A DNA stretch of 64,000 nucleotides from Candidatus Levyibacteriota bacterium (lineage in GTDB: Bacteria > Patescibacteriota > Microgenomatia > Levybacterales > UBA12049), in NCBI GenBank assembly GCA_016432345.1, contig CP066685.1:560236-624235 (forward strand). Reading direction: 5' to 3'. The position numbers were made by a program, and so were the translations under genes. Shown here in pieces: positions 18,779 to 27,315 of this stretch. Position 1 is the stretch's first letter. Each line of letters opens with the position of its first letter. The notes beneath the pieces are model-generated. The model was not told the origin of the DNA, ran no database searches, and worked only from the letters and a program-made list of their open reading frames with translations.

Positions 18779-19209
18779 ATACTTTTATAATAATCTTCTA
18801 GTTTCCCTAATCCATTACCTTCAAAGAGTAATATTTTTAAAGTCATTTTCTCTTTTATTGTTGGATTTTCCATAAATGCTCTTTGAATTCCAATCGCACG
18901 ATGAATACCGTCTGAAATTACAATTGGAGAATTATCATCTTTTCTCATTCCGAATATCGTAGTATCTGTATATAAATTTCCTAACACAACCTTCTTAAAA
19001 TGATTTATTTTTCTTAATTTATCTTCTTTTTCATAATTGGGAATATTTTTGTCTTGCGACAATTCTGTCAATGTTTTTCTATTTTGCCACATAACATACA
19101 TAGCTCCCAATATATCCAAGTCAATAATAAAATAGCTCACTTGATCTGAATTAGAAAGCATCATAGAAAAAGCCCTTGTGGCGTTCTGATCTAGCTTACC
19201 AATATTCAT
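18775..19209 (-). CDS. ParB/Srx-fold (DGQHR-like) domain protein
   Basis: 144 aa. The motif VISDGIHRAIGIQRA resembles the DGxHR signature of DndB/DGQHR and ParB-like nuclease domains. The protein is short, so the call is tentative. Confidence 0.35.
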   Translation of the reverse strand: MNIGKLDQNATRAFSMMLSNSDQVSYFIIDLDILGAMYVMWQNRKTLTELSQDKNIPNYEKEDKLRKINHFKKVVLGNLYTDTTIFGMRKDDNSPIVISDGIHRAIGIQRAFMENPTIKEKMTLKILLFEGNGLGKLEDYYKSI

Positions 19210-19436
19210 GTATTTATGTTTTTTATCTCACCGTATTATACAACAACCAAGATTTAAAATTCTATCAAAAACGGATGAGGTAGCTAAAAAGATAGAAAAA
19301 ATTGTGGCAGGATACAAGAACGAGAGTCAATATTCTCATCGCTGCGGGCTACTGCGGAGAACAGGTCGTCAAATCAAGCTAAACGCTATCATGCCGTGGG
19401 GTTTTCAAATTTTGTAGGATTTTTTTGGGTCTCCGG

Positions 19437-19473
19437 GTGGCGGCCTGCCCGCCTCTGGCGTGGCTTCCGCCGC
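19437..19473. other. GC-rich stem-loop in the 334-nt gap between the receiver gene and the ParB-like gene
   Basis: Arms GTGGCGG (19437-19443) / CCGCCGC (19467-19473) pair, including one G-T pair. An inner GCC-TCT-GGC hairpin lies within. The surrounding 19427-19490 is visibly GC-rich. Confidence 0.3.
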
Positions 19474-19543
19474 AGCGGACGACTACCGCAATAACGTAAA
19501 GGAGGTTCTAACTTTTTCGTAAACGAGCTCAGATGTGTGGTAT

Positions 19544-19915
19544 TTAAGATAAATTGAGGACTTCTTTGATTCTTTTAAGTAGCGCTTCGGGCTGAACATT
19601 TGACTTAATCAAAAAATCTGCGGCTTTGCCTTCGACTGCTTGAAGTAAATTACTTGTATCTCCTGCATTTGTGAGAAAAATAACAGGAATAGTTATATTT
19701 TTTGCTTTTAGGTTTTGAAAAATGGTTATGCCGTCGACATCTGGCAAGATAATATCTAGTAAAATCAAATCTGGATTTTGTTGCATGGCGATATTTTGTC
19801 CTTCTTTGCCGTTTGCAGCGGTAATTATTTCGTATCCTTCCTGTGCGAGAAGCTCTTCATAGAAGTCGCGAGTATATTGGTCGTCTTCAACAATAAGAAT
19901 TTTTTTCTTTTCCAT
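19544..19915 (-). CDS. Stand-alone response regulator receiver (CheY-like)
   Basis: 123 aa with KILIVEDD and the phospho-acceptor context LILLDIILPDVDG, and no output domain. Confidence 0.85.
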   Translation of the reverse strand: MEKKKILIVEDDQYTRDFYEELLAQEGYEIITAANGKEGQNIAMQQNPDLILLDIILPDVDGITIFQNLKAKNITIPVIFLTNAGDTSNLLQAVEGKAADFLIKSNVQPEALLKRIKEVLNLS

Positions 19916-19949
19916 ACTACCTTTATGCTATACCTCTAACAAATACTTT

Positions 19950-21383
19950 TCAAGCAACAAAGTGGGCGCCGAGGCTCTTTTTGCGTTTTTGGGCGGCTTG
20001 GGTAATAAGGATAGCAACTTGAGTTATATTTTGAGCCTCAAGGATTTGTTCGTTGACTCCATTTTTTACAAGAGCGTTGGCTTCGCTTTCTAGTTTTTTT
20101 AATTCTTTTAATGCAGAGTATACTCCTTTTGGAGAACGTATAATTCCAACATAATTCCACATAATTTTTTGCACCTGTTTTCTATACATTTTTTCCGGTA
20201 ATTTTTCTTGATATTGTGGGATATATTCTTTAATTTGGATAATTTTTTTGGGTAATTTTTTAATACACTTTGCGATTTGGTTTGAGAAAACAATCCCTTC
20301 AAGAAGCGAATTAGATGCCAAGCGATTGGCGCCGTGTACCCCAGTACATGTTACCTCGCCATAAGCAAAAAGATTTTTAACAGATGTTTTTCCATAAAGA
20401 TCAGTAACTATGCCTCCGCACAAAAAATGAGCGGCTGGAGTAACAGGAATAATATCTTTTGCCAAATCAAAACCTCTTTTTTGCAGCTGCTTGTAAATAT
20501 TGGGAAATCTTTTTATTAAAAACTGTTTGCCTTTATGCCGAATATCTAAATAAACATTTCCTTCTTTTTGCTTTTTGAATATTGCTCTTGCTACGACATC
20601 GCGCGGGGCAAGTTCGTTAATAAATCTTTTGCCATATATGTCTAAAAGGTATGCTCCTTCGCCGCGGAGCGCTTCGGATAGCAGAAAAAGGGGAGAGGTT
20701 TTTCCTTTTAGGGCAGTTGGATGAAATTGCACAAATTCTAAATCTTTTGTTTTTGCGCCTGCCCTATGGGAAATGGCAATTCCATCGCCTGTAACAACGC
20801 TGGGATTTGTGGTATATGAGTACAGTTGTCCTGCTCCTCCTGTGGCAAGAACAACAGCGCGGCTAAAAATTTGTATAATTTTTTTATCTTTTAACGCAGT
20901 TACACCAAAACAGATATTATTTTTTGCAATTAGATCAATTGCGTAAGTATGTTTCCACACCGAAATATTTGGATTTTTTAAGACTGCGGCAACAAGCGCC
21001 TTTTCTATTTCGTGTCCGGTGATATCTGTGGCGTGGTGAATTCTGGGAAAAGAATGAGCTGCCTCTAGGGTAGTTTTTTTATCAAAATTAACTCCAAAAT
21101 CAGCAAGTTTAATAATTGCGGTTTTTCCATGTTTGACCAAAAACGAAACCGCAGATTTTTTATTGTGGAACGATCCTGCTTTTAGTGTATCGTTAATATG
21201 AGAAAAGATAGTATCTTTTGGATTTGTTACCGCCGCAACCCCTCCTTGGGCAATGTTTGTCGAGGAATCTTCTATTGCTTGTTTGGTAATAATCGTCACG
21301 TTTCCAAAATTTGCAAGCGTCAGAGCAGCATTGAGCCCTGCAATACCGGATCCAATTACAATAAAATCAGTAGTTAGCCTCAT
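19950..21383 (-). CDS. nadB: L-aspartate oxidase
   Basis: Start reset to ATG 21383 (MRLTTDFIVIGSGIAGLNAAL, FAD fold). The 36 extra codons in the track overlap nadA and look spurious. It is divergent from nadA-nadC. Confidence 0.9.
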   Translation of the reverse strand: MRLTTDFIVIGSGIAGLNAALTLANFGNVTIITKQAIEDSSTNIAQGGVAAVTNPKDTIFSHINDTLKAGSFHNKKSAVSFLVKHGKTAIIKLADFGVNFDKKTTLEAAHSFPRIHHATDITGHEIEKALVAAVLKNPNISVWKHTYAIDLIAKNNICFGVTALKDKKIIQIFSRAVVLATGGAGQLYSYTTNPSVVTGDGIAISHRAGAKTKDLEFVQFHPTALKGKTSPLFLLSEALRGEGAYLLDIYGKRFINELAPRDVVARAIFKKQKEGNVYLDIRHKGKQFLIKRFPNIYKQLQKRGFDLAKDIIPVTPAAHFLCGGIVTDLYGKTSVKNLFAYGEVTCTGVHGANRLASNSLLEGIVFSNQIAKCIKKLPKKIIQIKEYIPQYQEKLPEKMYRKQVQKIMWNYVGIIRSPKGVYSALKELKKLESEANALVKNGVNEQILEAQNITQVAILITQAAQKRKKSLGAHFVA

Positions 21384-21401
21384 ATCTGGTATAATAGTCC
21401 T

Positions 21402-22364
21402 ATGGACAATAGAAATCAAACGACACTTATTAAAGAAATTAAAAAATGGAAAAAAAAGCGGGGAGCTTTGATTATTGCTCACAATTACCAAATTCCCGGT
21501 ATTCAGGATGTGGCAGATTTTGTGGGGGATTCACTTGAGCTTTCCCAAAAAGCAGCCCAAGCTCCAGAAAAAATAATTGTGTTTTGCGGTGTACATTTTA
21601 TGGCGGAAAGCGCGGCTATTTTTTCTCCTGACAAAACAGTTTTAATTCCAGATTCAAACGCCGGGTGTAGTTTGGCCGCATCAATTGACGCGGAAGAACT
21701 TAGAAAATGGAAGAGACGATACCCAAAAGCATTGGTGGTAAGCTATGTTAATACCACAGCCGAAGTGAAAGCAGAGTCTGATTATTGCTGCACATCTACA
21801 AATGCTATACAGGTTGTAAATTTCATACCTAAAGACCGCGAAATTATTTTTACCCCTGATTTATTTTTAGGTGACTATGTGGCCCGAATGACGGGGCGAA
21901 AAATTTATGTCTATCCCGGGGAGTGTCATGTACATGCTAGAGTTAGACCAAAAGATATTTTTGCAAAATTGGGAAAATATCCGGGGGCGGAATTTTTAAT
22001 TCATCCGGAATGCGGTTGTGTGTCCGAATGTATGCATTATGTCGCCGTTGGGGAAATACCAGAAAAAACCACCCACATTTTTTCAACCGGCGGCATGATG
22101 AATTATGCCAAAAATTCAAAATCAAAACAGTTTGTGATAGCAACCGAAACAGGAATTTTGCACCGATTAAAAAAAGAAAATCCCGCAAAAGAATTTATTC
22201 CCTTACGGGAAGATATGGTGTGTGAATATATGAAGATGATAACACCAGAAAAATTGCTTAATAGTCTTATAAATTTAGAATACGAAGTAAAAGTCCCGCG
22301 TGATATTGCAGAGAAAGCCAGGATTCCAATAGAGAGGATGCTAGAAATTAGTAAGAAAGAATGA
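21402..22364 (+). CDS. nadA: Quinolinate synthase
   Basis: 320 aa with ALIIAHNYQ, the FMAESA motif, and conserved Cys ligands (e.g. CSLA). Confidence 0.9.
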   Translation: MDNRNQTTLIKEIKKWKKKRGALIIAHNYQIPGIQDVADFVGDSLELSQKAAQAPEKIIVFCGVHFMAESAAIFSPDKTVLIPDSNAGCSLAASIDAEELRKWKRRYPKALVVSYVNTTAEVKAESDYCCTSTNAIQVVNFIPKDREIIFTPDLFLGDYVARMTGRKIYVYPGECHVHARVRPKDIFAKLGKYPGAEFLIHPECGCVSECMHYVAVGEIPEKTTHIFSTGGMMNYAKNSKSKQFVIATETGILHRLKKENPAKEFIPLREDMVCEYMKMITPEKLLNSLINLEYEVKVPRDIAEKARIPIERMLEISKKE

Positions 22365-23269
22365 CGAGAAAAGAAAAAGTAGCCAAACATTTTCAAAAAA
22401 AACATTTGCTGACTGTTAGCAACAGTTTTTATAAAGAGCAGCTGCTTGCTCTTTTTGACTGGATGAAAATTTGCGATGGCGTGGCAGACGATTTGACTAC
22501 AAAATATCTTGGTTTGTCTGGACAGTGTGTGGCTGAAGTTATTAGTAAACAGGCAGGGGTAATTTCTGGGATTGAAGAAATTGCATTTCTCCTTGATTCA
22601 AAAACCACTCTAGTAGTTGATAAGCATGTCAGTGGAGATGTTTTGCTTCGTCTTTCCGGTAATGTTAAAGAAATTCTTGGGCTTGAGCGAATAATCCTTA
22701 ATATCATTGGGAGAATGTCGGGCATTGCTACATACACTAATCTTTTTTTGCAGAAGATAAAAGAAATTCCCAATCCGCCACTGCTTGTTTCCACCAGAAA
22801 AACCCCCTGGATGTTACTGGATAAAAAAGCAGTGTGTGATGGTGGGGGAGGGACACACAGGCTTTCTTTGTCGGACTTTGCCTTAGTAAAAAACACGCAT
22901 CTTTTTACTTCTGATAGCAGCATTGAAAAGGTAGTGCAAAAAATGATGGCCTCGGGTGATTTTTTTGAAATCGAAGTGGGAAGTATTCAGCAGGCAGAAG
23001 CAGTTATAGATATTTTGGAAAAGGCGCAGTATCAAGAGGCGGCTATAATGCTTGATAATGTATCACCAAAGATAGCTTTAGAATTTATGGATAAATTCAA
23101 AAACCACCCATTTTACGAGCATGTTTATATAGAAGCATCGGGCGAGGTAACAAAAGATAATCTTCTTTTGTGGGCTGACACAGGAGTAGATGTTATCTCA
23201 AGCGGTAGCCTTACCCATTCTGCCCCAGCCTTCAACGTTTCCATGTTGACTAAGACACCTGCTTTTTGA
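22361..23269 (+). CDS. nadC: Nicotinate-nucleotide pyrophosphorylase (quinolinate phosphoribosyltransferase)
   Basis: 302 aa with ERIILNIIGRMSGIAT, TRKT and LDN motifs. There is a 4-nt overlap with nadA. Confidence 0.85.
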   Translation: MTRKEKVAKHFQKKHLLTVSNSFYKEQLLALFDWMKICDGVADDLTTKYLGLSGQCVAEVISKQAGVISGIEEIAFLLDSKTTLVVDKHVSGDVLLRLSGNVKEILGLERIILNIIGRMSGIATYTNLFLQKIKEIPNPPLLVSTRKTPWMLLDKKAVCDGGGGTHRLSLSDFALVKNTHLFTSDSSIEKVVQKMMASGDFFEIEVGSIQQAEAVIDILEKAQYQEAAIMLDNVSPKIALEFMDKFKNHPFYEHVYIEASGEVTKDNLLLWADTGVDVISSGSLTHSAPAFNVSMLTKTPAF

Positions 23270-23280
23270 TAAGATAAATC

Positions 23281-24948
23281 GTGCAACAACATAAACTAAA
23301 ATATATCTTTGTTTCGGGAGGCGTAATCTCGGGAATTGGTAAAGGCACCACAGCGGCCTCAATCGCCTTTCTTCTTAAATCGGCGGGTTACAAAATTGCT
23401 CCCATTAAGTTTGAAAATTATCTTAATTTAGACGCGGGAACCATTAACCCCATCGAGCACGGAGATCCGTTTCTTTGTGAAGACGGCACAGAAGCAGACA
23501 TGGATATTGGCAGCTACGAAAAGTTTTTAGATGAGGATATGGGCAAAGACAATTTTGTGACCATGGGCCAGATTTATAAAACAGTTATTGATCGTGAGCG
23601 ACGGTTTGAGTATAAAGGAGAAGATGTAGAAGCTATCCCTCATATTACCGACGAGATTATTCATCGCATAAAAAATGTAGGGCAAAAAAAAGCGGCAGAT
23701 ATTGTAATTATCGAGTTGGGTGGTACAGCTGGGGAATATCAAAACCTTTTTTATTACGAGGCCTCAAGAATACTAACTCTTAAAAATCCTAATGATGTAA
23801 TCCATATTCATGTTAGTTATGTGCCAACGCCACGCCATCTGGGAGAGCCTAAAACAAAACCAACGCAGCTATCGGTGCGAACGCTTAATTCCATGGGTAT
23901 CCAGCCTGATTTTATTATCACCAGGTCAGAAAAATATTTGGATCAAAGACGCAGAGACAGGTTTGCTTTGTTTTGTAATATTTTGCCATCGGATATTATT
24001 TCTAATCCAGATTTAGAAAGCATCTACGAGATTCCAGAAGTGTTGCATAAGCAGGAATTAGATAAGCGGATTTTAGAAAAACTGCACTTGCCAGTACGCA
24101 CGCCAGATCTTTCTTCGTGGAAAAAGCTGTTAGGCAAAATTGCCAATAAAAAACAAAAAACAGCAACAGTGGCCATTATTGGAAAATACTTTGGCACAGG
24201 AGATTACCAATTGCGCGATTCGTACGCGGCGCTTTTTGATGCCATCGATCATGCCGCCTGGGAAGTTGGTGTTATGGTTAAAACACATTGGATAGATGCT
24301 GAAAAAGTTGAGAAGGAAGGAGAAAGTATTATTGGAAAACCTGATGGGATTATTGTACCGATTGGCTGGGGAAAAAGAGGATCTGAAGGGATGATTACTG
24401 CAGCATCCTACGCCAGACGGGAGAAAATTCCCTATTTAGGGCTATGCTATGGTATGCAACTGGCAGTGGTGGCTTTTGCCCGCGATATTTTAGGATTTAA
24501 AGATGCAAATACTACAGAAAATAACAAAAATACAACTTACCCTGTAATTGATTTAATGCCGCAGCAAAAGAAATTTATGGAAAGAAGAACTTATGGTGGA
24601 ACTATGAGGTTAGGCAGTTGGGATGCTTTGGTAAAAAAGGACAGTCGGGCATTTTTGCTTTATCAACAATATGGCGGATTGCTGGATAAAGAAAAAGGTT
24701 TAACCAGCGAGCGACATCGGCACAGGTACGAGTTTAATAATAAATTTGCCAGCGATTTTGAGAAAAAAGGACTTGTTATTAGCGCCAGATCGGTTACCGA
24801 GAACCTGGTAGAAATTATTGAATTGCCAAAAAGCATGCACCCTTTTTATTTTGGTACCCAAGGACATCCTGAATATAAAAGTAGGCCGCTTAGACCCCAT
24901 CCATTTTTTGTGGGTTTTTTAGAAGCTTGCGCTCGCAATGACAATTAG
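23281..24948 (+). CDS. pyrG: CTP synthase
   Basis: 555 aa with a GTG start. KYIFVSGGVISGIGKG is at the N-terminus, and the GATase motif LGLCYGMQ is present. Confidence 0.95.
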   Translation: MQQHKLKYIFVSGGVISGIGKGTTAASIAFLLKSAGYKIAPIKFENYLNLDAGTINPIEHGDPFLCEDGTEADMDIGSYEKFLDEDMGKDNFVTMGQIYKTVIDRERRFEYKGEDVEAIPHITDEIIHRIKNVGQKKAADIVIIELGGTAGEYQNLFYYEASRILTLKNPNDVIHIHVSYVPTPRHLGEPKTKPTQLSVRTLNSMGIQPDFIITRSEKYLDQRRRDRFALFCNILPSDIISNPDLESIYEIPEVLHKQELDKRILEKLHLPVRTPDLSSWKKLLGKIANKKQKTATVAIIGKYFGTGDYQLRDSYAALFDAIDHAAWEVGVMVKTHWIDAEKVEKEGESIIGKPDGIIVPIGWGKRGSEGMITAASYARREKIPYLGLCYGMQLAVVAFARDILGFKDANTTENNKNTTYPVIDLMPQQKKFMERRTYGGTMRLGSWDALVKKDSRAFLLYQQYGGLLDKEKGLTSERHRHRYEFNNKFASDFEKKGLVISARSVTENLVEIIELPKSMHPFYFGTQGHPEYKSRPLRPHPFFVGFLEACARNDN

Positions 24949-24962
24949 ATATAATCGAGTAT

Positions 24963-25244
24963 ATGATAGCAACAATTGATTTTGCGCCAGGGGATACCGT
25001 TAGGGTTCATCAGAAAATTAAAGAAGATGCCAAGACTCGTACCCAGATATTTGAAGGGGTCGTTTTGGGCATTAAAGGACGGGGAGAAAATAAAAGTTTT
25101 ACGATTAGAAAAACAGTTGGCGATATCGCTGTGGAGCGTATTTGGCCAATTTTTTCGCCAAGTGTGGAAAAAGTTGTAATTAAAGAAAAATCCAAAAAAA
25201 GAGTTAGACGGGCAAAACTATATTATCTTCGAAAATTAAACTAG
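24963..25244 (+). CDS. rplS: Ribosomal protein L19 (short form)
   Basis: 93 aa with the L19 pattern GDTVRVHQKIKE...RTQIFEGVVLGIKGRGENKSFTIRK. Confidence 0.9.
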   Translation: MIATIDFAPGDTVRVHQKIKEDAKTRTQIFEGVVLGIKGRGENKSFTIRKTVGDIAVERIWPIFSPSVEKVVIKEKSKKRVRRAKLYYLRKLN

Positions 25245-25256
25245 CCTTGTTTAATT
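25234..25256. terminator. Possible bidirectional terminator at the convergent rplS/uvrB stops
   Basis: AATTAAAC (25234-25241) / GTTTAATT (25249-25256) form an 8-bp AT-rich stem with a 7-nt loop. It is followed by GTTTTT on + and, in reverse complement, TTTTC on -. It overlaps both stop codons. Confidence 0.35.
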
Positions 25257-27229
25257 GTTTTTATCTTATCTCTAAGTCTAGCCGCTCCCTCAAAATCTAA
25301 ATCTTTGGCTGCTTGTTTCATTTCTTTTCGCAAAAGTGAAATCAGTTTTTCTTTTTCGTCTGGCAAAAGCACTTCTTTTTGATCAAGATAAGTTAATGTT
25401 TTCTCTTCTTCTTGTTGTTGCGCAAGTTTGGCGCGAATTGTTTTTTCTATTCCTTTTGGAGTAATATTGTGAGTTTTATTGTATGCAAGTTGTACTTTAC
25501 GTCTTCGTTTAACTTCAGCTATTGCCTTACTCATAGATTTAGTCATATTGTCGGCGTAGAGTATAACTGTGGCATCAATGTGTCGCGCTGCTCTGCCCAT
25601 GGTTTGGATAAGCGATGTTTTGCTTCTTAAAAATCCTTCTTTATCGGCATCAAGTATTGCTACAAGCGAAACTTCTGGTAAATCAAGGCCCTCACGAAGA
25701 AGATTTATACCAACAAGCACATCGTATTCGCCTCTGCGTAAATTATCCAAAACATCCTGGCGGCTAAGAGTTTCTATATCTGAATGAAGGTATGCTACTT
25801 TTAGTTCTCTTTCCAAGAGATACGAAGATAACTCTTCTGCCATGCGTTTGGTGAGTGTTGTAACAAGTACACGTTGCCCTTTCGAGACTCGTTTTTGAAT
25901 TTCTTGTATTAAGTCTTCTATTTGTCCTTTTGTTTTTTTAACAATAACTTTAGGGTCAATAAGGCCAGTTGGCCTAACAAGTTGTTCAACAATTGCGTTG
26001 TTTTCTTCTTTTGCCAAAGAAAGTTCGTATTCGTCTGGCGTTGCAGAAACATAGGTAATTTGGTGAGTGCGCTTTATAAATTCGTCGAAGCGAAGCGGTC
26101 TGTTGTCGTACGCAGCAGGCAGGCGGAATCCATAATTAATCAGCGTTTCTTTTCTGGCCCTGTCCCCGTTATACATGCCTCTAATTTGGGGAATAGTCAT
26201 GTGAGATTCATCAATAATTAAAAGCCAGTTTTTGTCAGGCGAAGCCTGATCGAAATAATCAAGAAGAGAATATGGCGGATCGCCAGGATTTCGTCCATCA
26301 AAATAGCGGGAGTAATTTTCGATACCATTGACATAACCAACTTCTTTTATCATTTCAAGATCAAAATTAGTTCGCTGTGATAATCGTTGGGCTTCGATAA
26401 GCTTGTTATTGTTTTTTAATTCTTTTACTCTTATTGCTAAATCTTTTCTTATTTGCGCAAAAACATGGTCGTAGTTTTTAGGATCTGTCATATAGTGTTT
26501 AGCAGGATAAATAACACTGCTTGTTAATAATTGCTGAGTTTCACCAGTGAGTGGATTAAATTGGGAAAGAGAAACGATTTTATCGTCAGCAAAAGTTATT
26601 TCGATACCATAGTCAACGTAGGCAGGAAATATGTTTATATTATCGCCGCGGACGCGAAATGTTCCCCTTTCGAAACTATAGTCGTTTCGTTCGTATTGTA
26701 AATCGGTAAGACGTTCGAGTACGCTTTTTTGGTTTACTTTTATGCCAGGTTTTAGCTCTAACACAAATTTTCCATACTCAACTGGCGAACCTAAGTTGTA
26801 AATGCAGGAAACCGAAGCCACCACTAAAGTATCTGGTCTGGTTAATAAATTTGTAGTAGCAGATAACCTTAATTTATCTATTTCCTCATTTATCTCCACC
26901 TCTTTTTCGATATATGTATCAGTGTGAGGGATATAAGCTTCTGGTTGGTAATAATCATAATAGGAGACAAAATACGAAACTGCATTGTTGGGAAAAAAAT
27001 CTCTAAATTCCTGGTAAAGTTGCCCGGCCAGGGTTTTGTTGTGCGAAATAACCAGAGTTGGCCGCTGTACACGGGCTATCACATTGGCCATGGTAAAAGT
27101 TTTTCCGGATCCTGTAACCCCAAGCAACACTTGATTTTTTTTGCCAGATTCAAGATTTTTGATAAGCTTTTCGATTGCTTGTGGCTGGTCTCCGGTTGAT
27201 TTAAAAGGCGAAACAAGCTCAAATTTCAT
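25241..27229 (-). CDS. uvrB: Excinuclease ABC subunit B
   Basis: Start reset to ATG 27229 (MKFELVSPFKSTGDQPQAIEKL). It has the Walker A GVTGSGKTF, the DESH box (IIDESHMT), and a C-terminal UVR motif. Confidence 0.95.
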   Translation of the reverse strand: MKFELVSPFKSTGDQPQAIEKLIKNLESGKKNQVLLGVTGSGKTFTMANVIARVQRPTLVISHNKTLAGQLYQEFRDFFPNNAVSYFVSYYDYYQPEAYIPHTDTYIEKEVEINEEIDKLRLSATTNLLTRPDTLVVASVSCIYNLGSPVEYGKFVLELKPGIKVNQKSVLERLTDLQYERNDYSFERGTFRVRGDNINIFPAYVDYGIEITFADDKIVSLSQFNPLTGETQQLLTSSVIYPAKHYMTDPKNYDHVFAQIRKDLAIRVKELKNNNKLIEAQRLSQRTNFDLEMIKEVGYVNGIENYSRYFDGRNPGDPPYSLLDYFDQASPDKNWLLIIDESHMTIPQIRGMYNGDRARKETLINYGFRLPAAYDNRPLRFDEFIKRTHQITYVSATPDEYELSLAKEENNAIVEQLVRPTGLIDPKVIVKKTKGQIEDLIQEIQKRVSKGQRVLVTTLTKRMAEELSSYLLERELKVAYLHSDIETLSRQDVLDNLRRGEYDVLVGINLLREGLDLPEVSLVAILDADKEGFLRSKTSLIQTMGRAARHIDATVILYADNMTKSMSKAIAEVKRRRKVQLAYNKTHNITPKGIEKTIRAKLAQQQEEEKTLTYLDQKEVLLPDEKEKLISLLRKEMKQAAKDLDFEGAARLRDKIKTIKQG

Positions 27230-27236
27230 GTTGGTA

Positions 27237-27249
27237 TTGTACCATACAA
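27237..27249. promoter_or_regulatory. Palindrome TTGTA-CCA-TACAA overlapping the uvrB -10 (candidate operator)
   Basis: Perfect 5-bp arms. The minus-strand TGgTACAAT (extended -10, TACAAT = 27241..27236) lies 6 nt upstream of the uvrB ATG. Confidence 0.35.
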
Positions 27250-27279
27250 AATTGACCCACTTTGTATCTGTTAGTCTTA

Positions 27280-27309
27280 TTGACAAATTATTCGAATATT
27301 TCGTATAAA
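27280..27309 (+). promoter_or_regulatory. lexA promoter with embedded palindrome CGAA-TAT-TTCG (candidate operator)
   Basis: TTGACA (27280-27285), an 18-nt spacer, then TATAAA (27304-27309). The palindrome 27293-27303 lies inside the spacer. The lexA ATG is 6 nt after the -10. Confidence 0.4.
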
Positions 27310-27315
27310 ATATGT

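Noticed and set aside
14114-19500. Possibility that the GC-rich patches are SRP RNA, tmRNA, RNase P RNA or a riboswitch
   Set aside because: I could not find the diagnostic elements on either strand: SRP helix-8 AGCAGC/GGUCA around a GNRA loop, the tmRNA tRNA-like ends and tag ORF, or the RNase P GAGGAAAGUCC. They are left as unassigned structures rather than called ncRNA.
22429-22923. 164-aa minus-strand ORF inside nadC, and similar long antisense ORFs (e.g. 6845..7417, 9096..9527, 33009..33452, 34337..34717, 39571..39969)
   Set aside because: Each is antisense to a gene with clear family motifs and has a Ser/Pro/Phe-rich shadow composition.
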